From an uncultured Armatimonadetes bacterium (GTDB lineage: Bacteria; Armatimonadota; UBA5829; DTJY01): DNA of 64,000 nt. The stretch lies in assembly GCA_963717145.1 (NCBI GenBank), contig OY970325.1, forward strand, positions 1,824,001 through 1,888,000, given 5' to 3'. The number at the start of each line of letters is the position of its first letter. Within the stretch, counting starts at the first letter, position 1. The translations under genes were made by a program, and so were the position numbers. The notes under the pieces were generated by a model. That model did not search any database and was not told where the DNA came from. It saw nothing but the letters and a program-made list of their open reading frames with translations. Shown piece after piece: positions 54,883-64,000 of the stretch.

Positions 54883-56338
54883 ATGTACGTACTGGGACTC
54901 GATGTAGGCACACAGGGGGTACGAGCCGTCGTCTGCGATGCCGAGGGGAACGTCCTCGCGCAGGCACGGCAGGAGTTCGCCGCCCCATGCCAGGTCGAAC
55001 TCCTGCCTCCGGGTTGGACCGAACAGCAGCCCGCGGATTGGTGGGAGGCGGCCGAGTCGTGCCTCAGCCGAGTGGTCGCGCAACTGCGGGAGTCCGGCCG
55101 ATCACTCGATGACCTGAGGGCGATCGCGGTCGACTCCACATCGGGCACGGTCGTCACTCTGGATCGATCAGGCAGACCGCTTCGCCCCGCAATCATGTAC
55201 AACGACACGCGTGCCGTGTCGGAGACCGCTGAGTGTAACTCCGCAGGCGCTGATCTCATCGTCAAGCTCGCATACCGGTTTTCGGCCTCATTCGCCCTCC
55301 CCAAGATCCTGTGGGTCAAGCACAACGAGCCCGAGATCTTCGAGCAGGCCATTTTCATCCACGCCGCCGACTACATCGTGGGCAAGCTCACCGGCGACTT
55401 CCTGACTTCCGACACGTCGAACGCCCTCAAGACCGGCTACGACCTGATCGACGGGCGCTGGCCTGAGTTCATCGAGGCGTCACTCGCAATACCGGCCGGC
55501 AAACTGCCCACCGTCGTCAGTCCGGGGACCATCATCGGCGAGGTGAGCGACGAGTGCGCACGACAGACCGGCCTGAGACGGGGAACGTCGGTGGTAGCGG
55601 GAGTGACTGACGGCACGGCGGGCTTCCTGGCATCGGGAGCGGTCCAGATCGGCGACTGGAACAGCACGATCGGGACGACACTCGTCATTCGCGGGGTCTC
55701 CAGTGAGCTGATCCGGGATCCGCTGGGACGAATCTACAACCATGCGCACCCTGACGGCTACTGGCTTCCCGGCGGCGCCAGTAACTGCGGGGCGGAGTGT
55801 CTCCAGCAGCTCTTCCAGGGGCGCGACCTCGACCAGCTCAATGCCTACGTGCCGCAGTACTCGCCGACCGCCCTGCTCGTCTATCCGCTCGTTCGCATCG
55901 GAGAGCGGCTCCCATTCGTCGATCCGCAGGCGGAGGGATTCATCGTCGGTGAGCCACGGGACAGTCGCGAACTCTATGCGGCGTATCTGGAGGGAGTCGG
56001 TTACGTCGAGCGGTGGTGCTATGAACTGCTGGGCGACTTGGGCGCGGAGATCGGCGACACGATCTACACAACCGGCGGAGGCGCGCAAGAGCCCCGAGTG
56101 GATGCAGGTCCGCGCCGACATCCTCAACAAGCGGATCGTCCGTCCGGCTTCGACCGAATGCGCCATGGGTACAGCAGCGGTCGCTGCTTCGAGAACGATC
56201 TATCCCAATCTCGAAGCAGCCGTCAGAGCGATGATCGAGCCGGGAGAGTCGGTCGAGCCTGATGCCTCACGAGTCGATCTCTACGAGCAGCGGTATCGCG
56301 CTTTCCGCCAGGCGTGCTCCTTGAAGGGTTATGAGTAG
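54883..56338 (+). pseudogene. FGGY-family carbohydrate kinase (xylulokinase-like), frameshift near 56086 (possibly a sequencing error)
   Basis: LGLDVGTQG, EQQPADWW, IMYNDTRA and GVTDGTA motifs; TGGGA|KSPEWMQVRADIL...MGTA continues in the next frame. Confidence 0.85.
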
Positions 56339-56459
56339 GAGTCAAGGGGCGCATCCGTCGAATGTCCTGATGGTTCGATCTTTGTATACAAAGCCGCGCG
56401 AACCTGTGTCAAATACGTAGGACGCACGGATTTTCAGCGGTGTAGTAGGAGGTAAGATT

Positions 56460-57260
56460 ATGCGATTCTTGATGATTCTGGGCATGGTGTGCCTGTTGGT
56501 GAGCGCAGCGTGTGCCGCCGACCAGCCAGCCCCCGCAGCGGCTGCGACCCCCACGAAGGTCTCCCTTCAGTTCGAGGATGTCGATGCCGGCCAGGCATTG
56601 ATCACCCTCTCACAGAAGGCGCAGGTCACGATTCTCGGTGACGCCACGGTGAAGGGCAAAGTCAACTGCGGACTCAATGATGTAACTACCGAGCAGGCGC
56701 TCGATACGATCTGCAAGACCAACGGCCTCGAGTGGTACAAGGCATACATCGGCGCCGTGCCTAACGAAAAGCCGAATGCAGCGAAGATCCTCGCGCTTCT
56801 CGATGCGCTGAAGGCACTCGGGAATACCGCTCTGATATGTCAGGGCCCGGCGAAACAACAGACGGCCTTCGTTCCGGCCGCGGAGCCCGGGACTGTCGAT
56901 CTTGCTCCGATGGCTGATACGCTGAAGCTCAAGCCGGTCTATGTAGTGCGCGCAGTTCCCAAGCCGATCGATCCCGCTGCTGCGAAGGCAGCCACCGACG
57001 CGCTAGGGAAGCCCGCAAATGATGCGACTGCTGCGGCAAACCAGTTGTGGGGCTATTTCTCCCAGATGCCTGTTCAGCAGCAGTATCAGGTCATGCACGA
57101 GATCGGGAACATGATGCGCAACAACATGACCCCGGAGCAGCAGGACCAGATGCGTCAGATGTGGCGACAGAACGGTGGTCAGGACGGCGGGGGACGCTGG
57201 AGAGGCAACGACCAGGGCGGCCCAGGCGACCGTCAGCATGGTCCGCCACAACCTAACTGA
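56460..57260 (+). CDS. Secreted protein with STN/secretin-N0-like domain and Gln/Gly-rich tail
   Basis: AGGAGG RBS; signal peptide; VSLQFEDVD..QAL..LS....V.I..D..VKGKV...L.DV..EQALD.IC..NGL. Confidence 0.7.
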   Translation: MRFLMILGMVCLLVSAACAADQPAPAAAATPTKVSLQFEDVDAGQALITLSQKAQVTILGDATVKGKVNCGLNDVTTEQALDTICKTNGLEWYKAYIGAVPNEKPNAAKILALLDALKALGNTALICQGPAKQQTAFVPAAEPGTVDLAPMADTLKLKPVYVVRAVPKPIDPAAAKAATDALGKPANDATAAANQLWGYFSQMPVQQQYQVMHEIGNMMRNNMTPEQQDQMRQMWRQNGGQDGGGRWRGNDQGGPGDRQHGPPQPN

Positions 57261-57290
57261 TCCCCACGTTCACCTTGTCTCAGGGATTCG

Positions 57291-57332
57291 GAAGCCCGAT
57301 CGGCGTCTGTTCGCCGGCCGGGCTTCTTTGTT
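57291..57332 (+). terminator. Probable intrinsic terminator
   Basis: gaagcccgatcggcg...cgccggccgggcttc followed by tttgtt. Confidence 0.6.
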
Positions 57333-57421
57333 GACATCCATGCTCGATATGCCTCACAATAGGGCCACGTGCCTGCGGCGCCGGTCGCCGCCGATAATCC
57401 ACTCGTGAAGGGAGCACCGAT

Positions 57422-58198
57422 ATGCGAATCGGTTTCATCTGTGACCTGTCGGAACATGATTTCGCCTTTGCCCGACAGAACGGCTTCAAGTGCGTCGAGT
57501 TCAACGGAGCGGACAACGTCGAGTTCACCTCCAAGGCGTCCGAATTGGCGACCTACGTCAAGGAATACGGCATCGATTTCAACATGATCGGGCTGTTCGG
57601 CCGCAACTACATCAGCGACGACGCGTCCGAGCGCGCGAAGCATCTATCGGACGCAAAGAAGACGATCGACTTCTGCGAGGCGATCGGATCGCCCTTGTTC
57701 GTCACAGGAGCAGGACACGAGGAGGATCGGACCCTCGCGGAGAACGTCCGCCGCGCGACCGATCACCTCGGCCAACTGATCGAGTACGGCAAGCCAAAGG
57801 GCGTCCGGGTTGCTCTCTACAACTGCCACTGGGGCAACTTCGCCGTTGCGCCGGATTCCTGGGAGCTTCTCATGCCTGCCCTGCCCGACCTCGGCATCAA
57901 GTACGACCCGTCCCATGCGATCGGCGATAACCGCGACTTCCTGGCCGAGTTGAGGGACTGGGGCAAGAAGGTCTATCACGTCCACGCGAAGGGATCGCTC
58001 GTGATCGGCGGCAAGAGGTTCCCCGATCCGATGCCCGGCATGGACGAGACGAACTGGGGCGCGATGTTCGCCATCCTGTACGAGCAGGACTACCCGGGCG
58101 ACGTGAACATCGAGGCGCACTCAGGCGAGTGGATCGCCAGCCGCCGTTACCCCGGCCTGCTCTTCTCGAAGCGCTATCTGGAGCAGTTCATTATCTAA
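57422..58198 (+). CDS. Sugar phosphate isomerase/epimerase (xylose isomerase-like TIM barrel)
   Basis: GFKCVEF, GIKYDPSH, YHVHAKG and YPGDVNIE motifs. Confidence 0.85.
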   Translation: MRIGFICDLSEHDFAFARQNGFKCVEFNGADNVEFTSKASELATYVKEYGIDFNMIGLFGRNYISDDASERAKHLSDAKKTIDFCEAIGSPLFVTGAGHEEDRTLAENVRRATDHLGQLIEYGKPKGVRVALYNCHWGNFAVAPDSWELLMPALPDLGIKYDPSHAIGDNRDFLAELRDWGKKVYHVHAKGSLVIGGKRFPDPMPGMDETNWGAMFAILYEQDYPGDVNIEAHSGEWIASRRYPGLLFSKRYLEQFII

Positions 58199-58205
58199 GC
58201 TATGT

Positions 58206-58277
58206 CGTGTAGTGGCCGTGCCTCTGTGCCGGCCAGTGGGGTGAACAGGGCCGGCACAGAGGCACGGCCACTACACG
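58206..58277. repeat. GTAG-type REP doublet
   Basis: cgtgtagtggccgtgcctctgtgccggcc and ggccggcacagaggcacggccactacacg are perfect arms. Confidence 0.9.
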
Positions 58278-58295
58278 GATGCCGGAGGTGTCCAA

Positions 58296-58706
58296 ATGCT
58301 GAAAGGCCTGACCCACGTCGCCATATGGGTGACTGATATCGACCGGGCGCTCGATTTCTACCTGCGCATCCCAGGCGTGAAGGAGCAGTTCCGCCTGACT
58401 AAAGAAGACGGCAGCATGTGGCTGATCTACCTCAGGATCGCGCCATACCAGTTCGTCGAGCTTTTCCCGCGCGCCGGTAGACCCTACGAGCAGCCGAAGA
58501 ACGCCGGCTACTCCCACTTCTGCATGGAGACCGACGACATCCAGGCGCTCCACAGGGAGTTGGTCGCGAATGGCATCACCCCGGATTCCGAGCCGAGGAT
58601 GGGCGCAGACCGCTCCTGGCAGTTCTGGATCAAAGACCCGGACGGAAATCCGATCGAGTTCCAGCAGTTCGTGGAAGACTCGATGCACCACGAGAAGCCG
58701 GAATGA
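58296..58706 (+). CDS. VOC (glyoxalase/bleomycin resistance) family protein
   Basis: LTHVAIWVTDIDRALDFY, VELF, SHFC and F.KDPDGNPIEF motifs. Confidence 0.9.
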   Translation: MLKGLTHVAIWVTDIDRALDFYLRIPGVKEQFRLTKEDGSMWLIYLRIAPYQFVELFPRAGRPYEQPKNAGYSHFCMETDDIQALHRELVANGITPDSEPRMGADRSWQFWIKDPDGNPIEFQQFVEDSMHHEKPE

Positions 58707-59500
58707 TCACGTCTTACCACTGCCACTCGCGCTGGAGCGACGGTGAAGGCGAGATCGCCGATTTCGTCTGCCGTGCCGGGGAGATCGGTCTCGATGAGGT
58801 CGGGCTGTCGGATCACTATGTCCTGACGCCCGACCGCGCATCGAAGACCTGGGCGATGCCGCTCGGCGCGCTGGATGAATACGTCGCGACAGTACAGGCA
58901 GCCGCGCGGGAATCGAGCCCGGATGTCGTGGTCCGACTCGGCGTTGAGGCGGATTTCATCCCTGAGACCGCCGGTGAACTCAAGGTTCTGCTCGCCGAGT
59001 ACCCCTTCGACTATGTCATCGGCTCCGTGCACCTCGTCGATGGCTTTCCCATTGACGGGAGTCCGGAGGATTGGGAGCCGCTGAACCAGGACGAGCGGGA
59101 TGAGGTCATGCGAACCTACTGGATCAGGGTGAGTCAAATGGCCGACACGGGTATCTTCAGCTTCGCCGGGCACCTGGATCTCACCAAGAAGTTCGGATTC
59201 ACGCCATCGATCGACCTGGCCGCAGAGATATCCACCGCGCTCGATGCCATCGCCCGGTCGGGCATGGCGGTCGAGTTGAATACCTCGGGGTGGTACGTTG
59301 CTGCTCGCGAGGAGTACCCATCGCCTCAGATCCTCAGTGGATGCCGCCGGCGGGGCATCCCGGTTCTCGTGACCGCGGATGCGCACAAGCCCGCTGACCT
59401 CAACCGCAGCTTCGATCGAGGATATGCCCTCTTGCACGAGATCGGTTACCGCGAAGTATGCAGTTTCGCGAGTGGAAACCGCGTTACCCACGCATTCTGA
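58703..59500 (+). CDS. Histidinol-phosphatase, HisJ/PHP family
   Basis: YHCHS, GLSDH, GVEAD, DYVIGSVH, GHLDL.KKF, ELNTSG, YPS and DAHKP motifs. Confidence 0.88.
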   Translation: MITSYHCHSRWSDGEGEIADFVCRAGEIGLDEVGLSDHYVLTPDRASKTWAMPLGALDEYVATVQAAARESSPDVVVRLGVEADFIPETAGELKVLLAEYPFDYVIGSVHLVDGFPIDGSPEDWEPLNQDERDEVMRTYWIRVSQMADTGIFSFAGHLDLTKKFGFTPSIDLAAEISTALDAIARSGMAVELNTSGWYVAAREEYPSPQILSGCRRRGIPVLVTADAHKPADLNRSFDRGYALLHEIGYREVCSFASGNRVTHAF

Positions 59501-59784
59501 GCCCTGTCCCCACATTTTTGAAAACGTTTGCACATTTTTTTGCCAATCAGAAGGAGTTTTCGGTTTCAGGACCGAATCCTGTTTTTGAGGGTCGGAGCGC
59601 ATAGGTTCGCGGCAATGACACTGCCTGTGGAAAGCTAGTCTCCCTATGCAAATCGACTTGGCTGTGTTTGGAACTCTGGAAGCACCGCGGTCGTATAACT
59701 GAATAGCGATAGCGCTGGATTTGCGGGCTGTCGGATTGCTCGCGGAGCAAAGTGATTGCGAGTAGCAGGCAGCCGCCATCGAAC

Positions 59785-59813
59785 TTGTGTTCGGTGGCGG
59801 TTTGTGCTATAAT
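59785..59813 (+). promoter_or_regulatory. Putative sigma70 promoter with extended -10
   Basis: TTGTGT-N17-TATAAT with TG extension. Confidence 0.55.
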
Positions 59814-59908
59814 ATGAGCGGGCGATACCAGCGCGCGTAATAACCGGACCGGGGGGCGCAGCATGCCAGCGGGTCGTTCCCCAGGTTACCAGAGAAGGAT
59901 CATACAGG

Positions 59909-60232
59909 ATGAGCATGACTAGAGACGCGTATGCCAAGGAAGTCTTGCGAGTGGCACAGGCGGTCCTGCACGATGGGGAGACCGTCGTGTGTCCGCACGA
60001 GGGTTGCGATGAGCGGCTGTCAATCGTTAAGCAGGGCGTGTTCAGCACCAGGTCAATCTTCTGCACGGTGCATGGTCATATCTTTCAGGAGCAGAAGACC
60101 GACCCATTCAGCAAGCTCGATTGGGACAAGGCCGCACAGGATCCGGTAGACGATGAGGAAGAAGAGTGGGATGGCGCAGAGAGTCTCATAGATACGGAAT
60201 TCAATTTATATGACGACTCGACTGGTGTCTAG
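59909..60232 (+). CDS. Small hypothetical protein with CxxxxC/CxxH motif and acidic tail
   Basis: CPHEGC...CTVHG; very acidic C-terminus; own promoter-like element. Confidence 0.7.
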   Translation: MSMTRDAYAKEVLRVAQAVLHDGETVVCPHEGCDERLSIVKQGVFSTRSIFCTVHGHIFQEQKTDPFSKLDWDKAAQDPVDDEEEEWDGAESLIDTEFNLYDDSTGV

Positions 60233-60307
60233 CCGGTGATCGGACGCAATCATTCATCCGTCAGCCCGCATCATGCACTCGCCCATGCTTGATGCGGGCT
60301 TTCATTT

Positions 60308-61798
60308 TTAGAACCCCACGACCCGCACATCCAATCCGAACTCCTGGAACCGATTCCGCCAGGTGAAGGTGGACTCGACGCAGTGGAATACCTTGGAGAC
60401 CGAGACCTCGCTATCGAAAAGCCGGCCCCGGCTGATGTCGTATCTCCCCCCAATAGCAAACGTGTAGTCGCCGATCGGATACTGAAGTCGCCCGGCAAAC
60501 TCCTGTGGGACCTCGATGGGATCGAAGTCGAAAGGCGTTTTGCCCGTGATGGCATGAGTGATATAGGTGAGAGAGACATATGACTTCAAGCCGAGCTTCC
60601 GAGCCGCCGCGAACTGAAACCCCAGGCCGAGGTAGCTATCGCCTGTGCCGTAGTGCGAGACACGTGCGAGCACCCCGGGCATCAGCATCGTATTGCCGAC
60701 GTGAACCGGATCGAACCACGCGAGCGCCCGCAGGTCGACTCGTGTGGACTCGACTCCCGAGGGCTCCTCGCTGAAGTGACCGATGCCCGCCTCGCCGATG
60801 ATGTGTACTCGGCCGCGCGGGAAGGTTCTCAGATCCCTCCCCAACGAGGTATCCTCCGGCATCGGATCAAGCACCCTTCTTGGGATATTGAGGGATTCGT
60901 TCCGGGCATCGTCGGTCCTCGGCGTTCCCTTGCTGTAGAAGCGATATGACAGTTCAGGCATCCGAGTCAGCATCGTGTCCGAGGTCCTGCCACCGTAGTA
61001 CGGCTCGCGGTATGTCAGGTTCAGGTAGACCGGCTTGCCGGCCACACGGTCGAGCTTGAACCCGCCCTGGAACGCCTGCTCAGTCGAAAGCCTGATTGAG
61101 AACTTGCCGGCCATTCCCGGCCTGCTCGAGAAATCGAGGTCGTGGGCGATGTATGTGCCGAACCTGGCGCTGACACCGACAGACGGCACCTTCATGCCGC
61201 TACGGCGTCCCTCCCTTAGGCCGACGGAGTACCTTGGCACTCGGACCAGCGTTCGTCCGAATGCCACTATGCGGACGCCCCTGGCGATCAGCTTGTCGTT
61301 CGGGCGGATGATCAGTTCGCGGGCGAAGAGATAGTAGTGCGGAACCGCTCGATTGCACGTCGTGAACGTTGAATCCGTCAGGGTATATCCCTCGGGCTTC
61401 GAGTCCATCGTCTCGCCGTGGAAGTAGAAGCCATCCGCGCTCGCGGAGGCGTCGGCGAAATGGCCGATCTTGGTCTTGTAGTTGTAAACGAAGGTGGAGC
61501 CCTTGACTTCCCGCTCGCCCTGAGCGAACGTGACGTTGCCACGCGCCTCGAAGTCGCCGGTGAACGCGTTACCGCTCACCCGATCGGCCGTCAGGGTGAG
61601 GTCGTTGTATCGGACGAACGCGTTCCCCTCAGCGCGAAACTGCTGAGTGTCGTAGTCGTATTCGGAGTCGTCGGCCTTGACGTAGATGCCGGTCAACGCT
61701 TCCTGATCCGTGGCAACATCGGTGGCCGAAAACGCCGGCGACAAGGCGAGGAGTATGAGCGGTATCCAGAGTCGTAAGCTCAAAGTCGAAAGCACCAC
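60308..61798 (-). CDS. lptD: LPS-assembly protein LptD/OstA-like outer-membrane protein
   Basis: OstA-like beta-jellyroll (ADD.EYD...AEGN..VRY...LTAD), FTTC...PHY...A motif, beta-barrel-like C-terminus ending in F. Start uncertain (61783-61798). Confidence 0.7.
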   Translation of the reverse strand: MVLSTLSLRLWIPLILLALSPAFSATDVATDQEALTGIYVKADDSEYDYDTQQFRAEGNAFVRYNDLTLTADRVSGNAFTGDFEARGNVTFAQGEREVKGSTFVYNYKTKIGHFADASASADGFYFHGETMDSKPEGYTLTDSTFTTCNRAVPHYYLFARELIIRPNDKLIARGVRIVAFGRTLVRVPRYSVGLREGRRSGMKVPSVGVSARFGTYIAHDLDFSSRPGMAGKFSIRLSTEQAFQGGFKLDRVAGKPVYLNLTYREPYYGGRTSDTMLTRMPELSYRFYSKGTPRTDDARNESLNIPRRVLDPMPEDTSLGRDLRTFPRGRVHIIGEAGIGHFSEEPSGVESTRVDLRALAWFDPVHVGNTMLMPGVLARVSHYGTGDSYLGLGFQFAAARKLGLKSYVSLTYITHAITGKTPFDFDPIEVPQEFAGRLQYPIGDYTFAIGGRYDISRGRLFDSEVSVSKVFHCVESTFTWRNRFQEFGLDVRVVGF

Positions 61799-61802
61799 AC
61801 AC

Positions 61803-61857
61803 TGTAGGGGCGACCTTCGACGGTCGCCCGTGGGAGGCCGTTGAAGGCCTCCCCTAT
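61803..61857. repeat. GTAG-type REP doublet
   Basis: tgtaggggcgaccttcgacggtcgccc-gt-gggaggccgttgaaggcctcccctat; it supplies the herA stop codon. Confidence 0.75.
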
Positions 61858-63485
61858 GCAAAGTCGTTCTCGATGTCGCGCTCGACCTTCTCGGCGAGCT
61901 TCTCGGCGGGGACGACCCCCATGCTGAGCCGGAAGTCCTCGTCATCGTACATGCGCGTCTTCACCACAACCGGCATCGGAACGGCATGGCCGATCACGAG
62001 CGCCTGCTGTTTGCTGTCCAGACTCGCCAGGACGCTCCGCAGGCCGCCTGAGCCGCTGACGCCGGTCATGACCGCATCGATATCTTTCTCGTCGTTCAGG
62101 AGGCACGTAATGCGCGTGCCGACCTGTGACAGAACCTCCGCGTCGATCCCGGAGGGCCGCTGATCGACGACGAGCAGCGTCACATTGTACTTACGCATCT
62201 CCCTCGCGATTGTTCCAAAGATGGTCTGCCCGGCAAGCGACGGGTTGAGGAACTTGTGCGCCTCCTCGATCGTGATCACGAGGGGCGTCACCTTCCCTTT
62301 GTCGCCGCCGAGCGACTCCTCGGTCTTCTCGACGTACTTCGCGTGGATGCGCCGGGTAAGGATGTTCGCGACAAGCATGTACCTGAGCGGCTGAGTGTGC
62401 TGTCCGAACTCCAGGACGACGTGCTTGCCGCCTTCGATGTAGCTCATGATCTGCCTGACCGCGTCCACGTCGATCATGTGCTTGGCATCGTCGATCAGGA
62501 ACGACTTGCAGCTCTCGGCCAGGACTCGCAACTTCCTCTGAAGAGCGGCGAGCGCCCCCTGGTGGACGTTATTGTGCTCGCAGAAGTCGTCGATGTCGTC
62601 CCGCTCCATCTCCATGAGCTTGCTCAGCCAGCGATCCTCGAACCGACTGACGAGCGCGTAACCTGTCTCGACCGCCGTTGAGGACAGGTTCAGATCATTC
62701 TGCAAGAGGATGATGTCGTCAACAGTCACCTGGCTGTACGGGATCTTGACCTCGAAGTCAATCGGCGCGCCTCTTCTGCGAGACGAGTCCGGGTCGAGGG
62801 AAAAGACGGCCACGGTGTCGCGGAAGTACTGCTTCAGGCCGCGAACCTCCGCGCGGTCGCCCTCTACAGTGCCTTTCCAGCCATATTCGCTGTGCATGTC
62901 GAAGACGAGGTTCGCCGCCTTGCGGTTCTTGATGATACCGCAGAGCATGATCCGCGTCAGGAACGTCTTGCCCGTACCCGACTTGCCGAAGATGCCGTTG
63001 CTCCGCTCGACGAACCGCTCGAGGTCGATGCAAACGGGCGTCTCCTCCATATCCAGCGGCGTCCCGATGTTGAAGAACTTGCAGTCCTGGTTCTCATCGC
63101 CGAAGATGCGGTTCACATCGAGCGCGGTCGCGTTCAGGACAGGGCTGAAGTGGCCGGGGATCGTCTTGACGGGCAGCAGATCGGCCTCCAGGTCGTTCTT
63201 CGACACCATCAGCATCGGGCGCAGGGAGACCGTGCCGTAGGTCGTCGTGCCGCTGAGGATCCGGCGCATCAGCTCATCCTCCCGGCTCGGGGGATTATCG
63301 AGCAGGCCGCGCGCGGATGTGCTCAGGGTGACGTCGGTGATCATGGAGAAGAACTTGTACTTATCGCCTTCCACGACGACGAACTTCCCGGCGCGGACGT
63401 CCTCGACCGACTGCCCCGCGTCGAGCTTCATCTCGAGGCCCTCGACGAGCGATCCCTGGACGACCTGCCCGATTTCCTCTGTCAT
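61854..63485 (-). CDS. herA: HerA-family ATPase/helicase (HAS barrel plus DUF87)
   Basis: Walker A GIFGKSGTGKT; VFDMHSEY; Walker B ITIEEAHKF; IAREMRKY...VDQRPS. Confidence 0.9.
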   Translation of the reverse strand: MTEEIGQVVQGSLVEGLEMKLDAGQSVEDVRAGKFVVVEGDKYKFFSMITDVTLSTSARGLLDNPPSREDELMRRILSGTTTYGTVSLRPMLMVSKNDLEADLLPVKTIPGHFSPVLNATALDVNRIFGDENQDCKFFNIGTPLDMEETPVCIDLERFVERSNGIFGKSGTGKTFLTRIMLCGIIKNRKAANLVFDMHSEYGWKGTVEGDRAEVRGLKQYFRDTVAVFSLDPDSSRRRGAPIDFEVKIPYSQVTVDDIILLQNDLNLSSTAVETGYALVSRFEDRWLSKLMEMERDDIDDFCEHNNVHQGALAALQRKLRVLAESCKSFLIDDAKHMIDVDAVRQIMSYIEGGKHVVLEFGQHTQPLRYMLVANILTRRIHAKYVEKTEESLGGDKGKVTPLVITIEEAHKFLNPSLAGQTIFGTIAREMRKYNVTLLVVDQRPSGIDAEVLSQVGTRITCLLNDEKDIDAVMTGVSGSGGLRSVLASLDSKQQALVIGHAVPMPVVVKTRMYDDEDFRLSMGVVPAEKLAEKVERDIENDFA

Positions 63486-64000
63486 GGCACGATCCTCCTG
63501 ACGATCGCATGAAGCCGCTCGTAGTCGTCCTTGAGCAGGTTCGCGAGTTCCTTGCCTGCGTTCACCAGAAACTCAGAGTCTCCTCCCCGCGCCGCAAAGC
63601 TCTCACGGATGCAGGCCGCGACCATCTCGTCCGATGGCGCATTTCGGAAGCCCACCAGGGTGCGCAGGAAGTCCATCCGGTGGGTCAGCAGCGCGATCTC
63701 GTCGGCGGAGCACTCGAATACCTGAGTGTGGATCTTCGGCGGCATCGGTGGCAGATACTGGTGAATCGAGCCGTTCTGGGCGTATCCCACGATCGCCGCC
63801 TGGAACTTGGTCATCAGCAGCCACTCGGCGAGTTGAGGCTGCTCGCGCGCCAGTTCGTCCTCGTCCTTCCAGTATGCGCGGGGCTGCTTGCCGGTCTCGG
63901 TGCTGGTCGTGGTCGCGCTGTAGACGACGGCGAAGATGGCGGGGTGGACTGCAGGAGGCGCAAACGGATCATCCAGATCAGCCACCGGCCCTTCAGTAGT
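63482..64000 (-). CDS. HAS-barrel domain protein, C-terminal part (5' end outside the window)
   Basis: Frame is open to the window edge; IFAVV...T....QPRA....E.EL..EQPQL...IVGY......QYLPP.PP.IH pattern; stop overlaps the herA start. Confidence 0.75.
   Translation of the reverse strand, partial: TTEGPVADLDDPFAPPAVHPAIFAVVYSATTTSTETGKQPRAYWKDEDELAREQPQLAEWLLMTKFQAAIVGYAQNGSIHQYLPPMPPKIHTQVFECSADEIALLTHRMDFLRTLVGFRNAPSDEMVAACIRESFAARGGDSEFLVNAGKELANLLKDDYERLHAIVRRIVP

Overview
GC-rich bacterial chromosomal segment from a diderm (it encodes an LptD-like protein). The DUF6785-like transporter, GxGYxYP protein and shared C-terminal domain on secreted proteins suggest Armatimonadota, which is an inference. 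It has about 52 coding regions: housekeeping genes (glyQS, xseAB, ridA, thyA, dprA-like, panB, mtlD, mutS2, nudF, slyD, herA with a HAS-barrel partner), many secreted glycoside-hydrolase-like or multidomain proteins, a KimA/YdaO-like APC transporter with a STAS-USP-USP partner, and a Zn-ribbon/TIR protein. One complete ISKra4-like insertion sequence (30444..31876) has a 9-bp target duplication, and a c-di-AMP (ydaO) riboswitch precedes an NlpC/P60 gene. There is an unusually diverse set of palindromic REP-like elements, three of which lie in frame inside protein-coding genes. Five single-base frameshifts are probably sequencing errors. No rRNA, tRNA or CRISPR array was seen.
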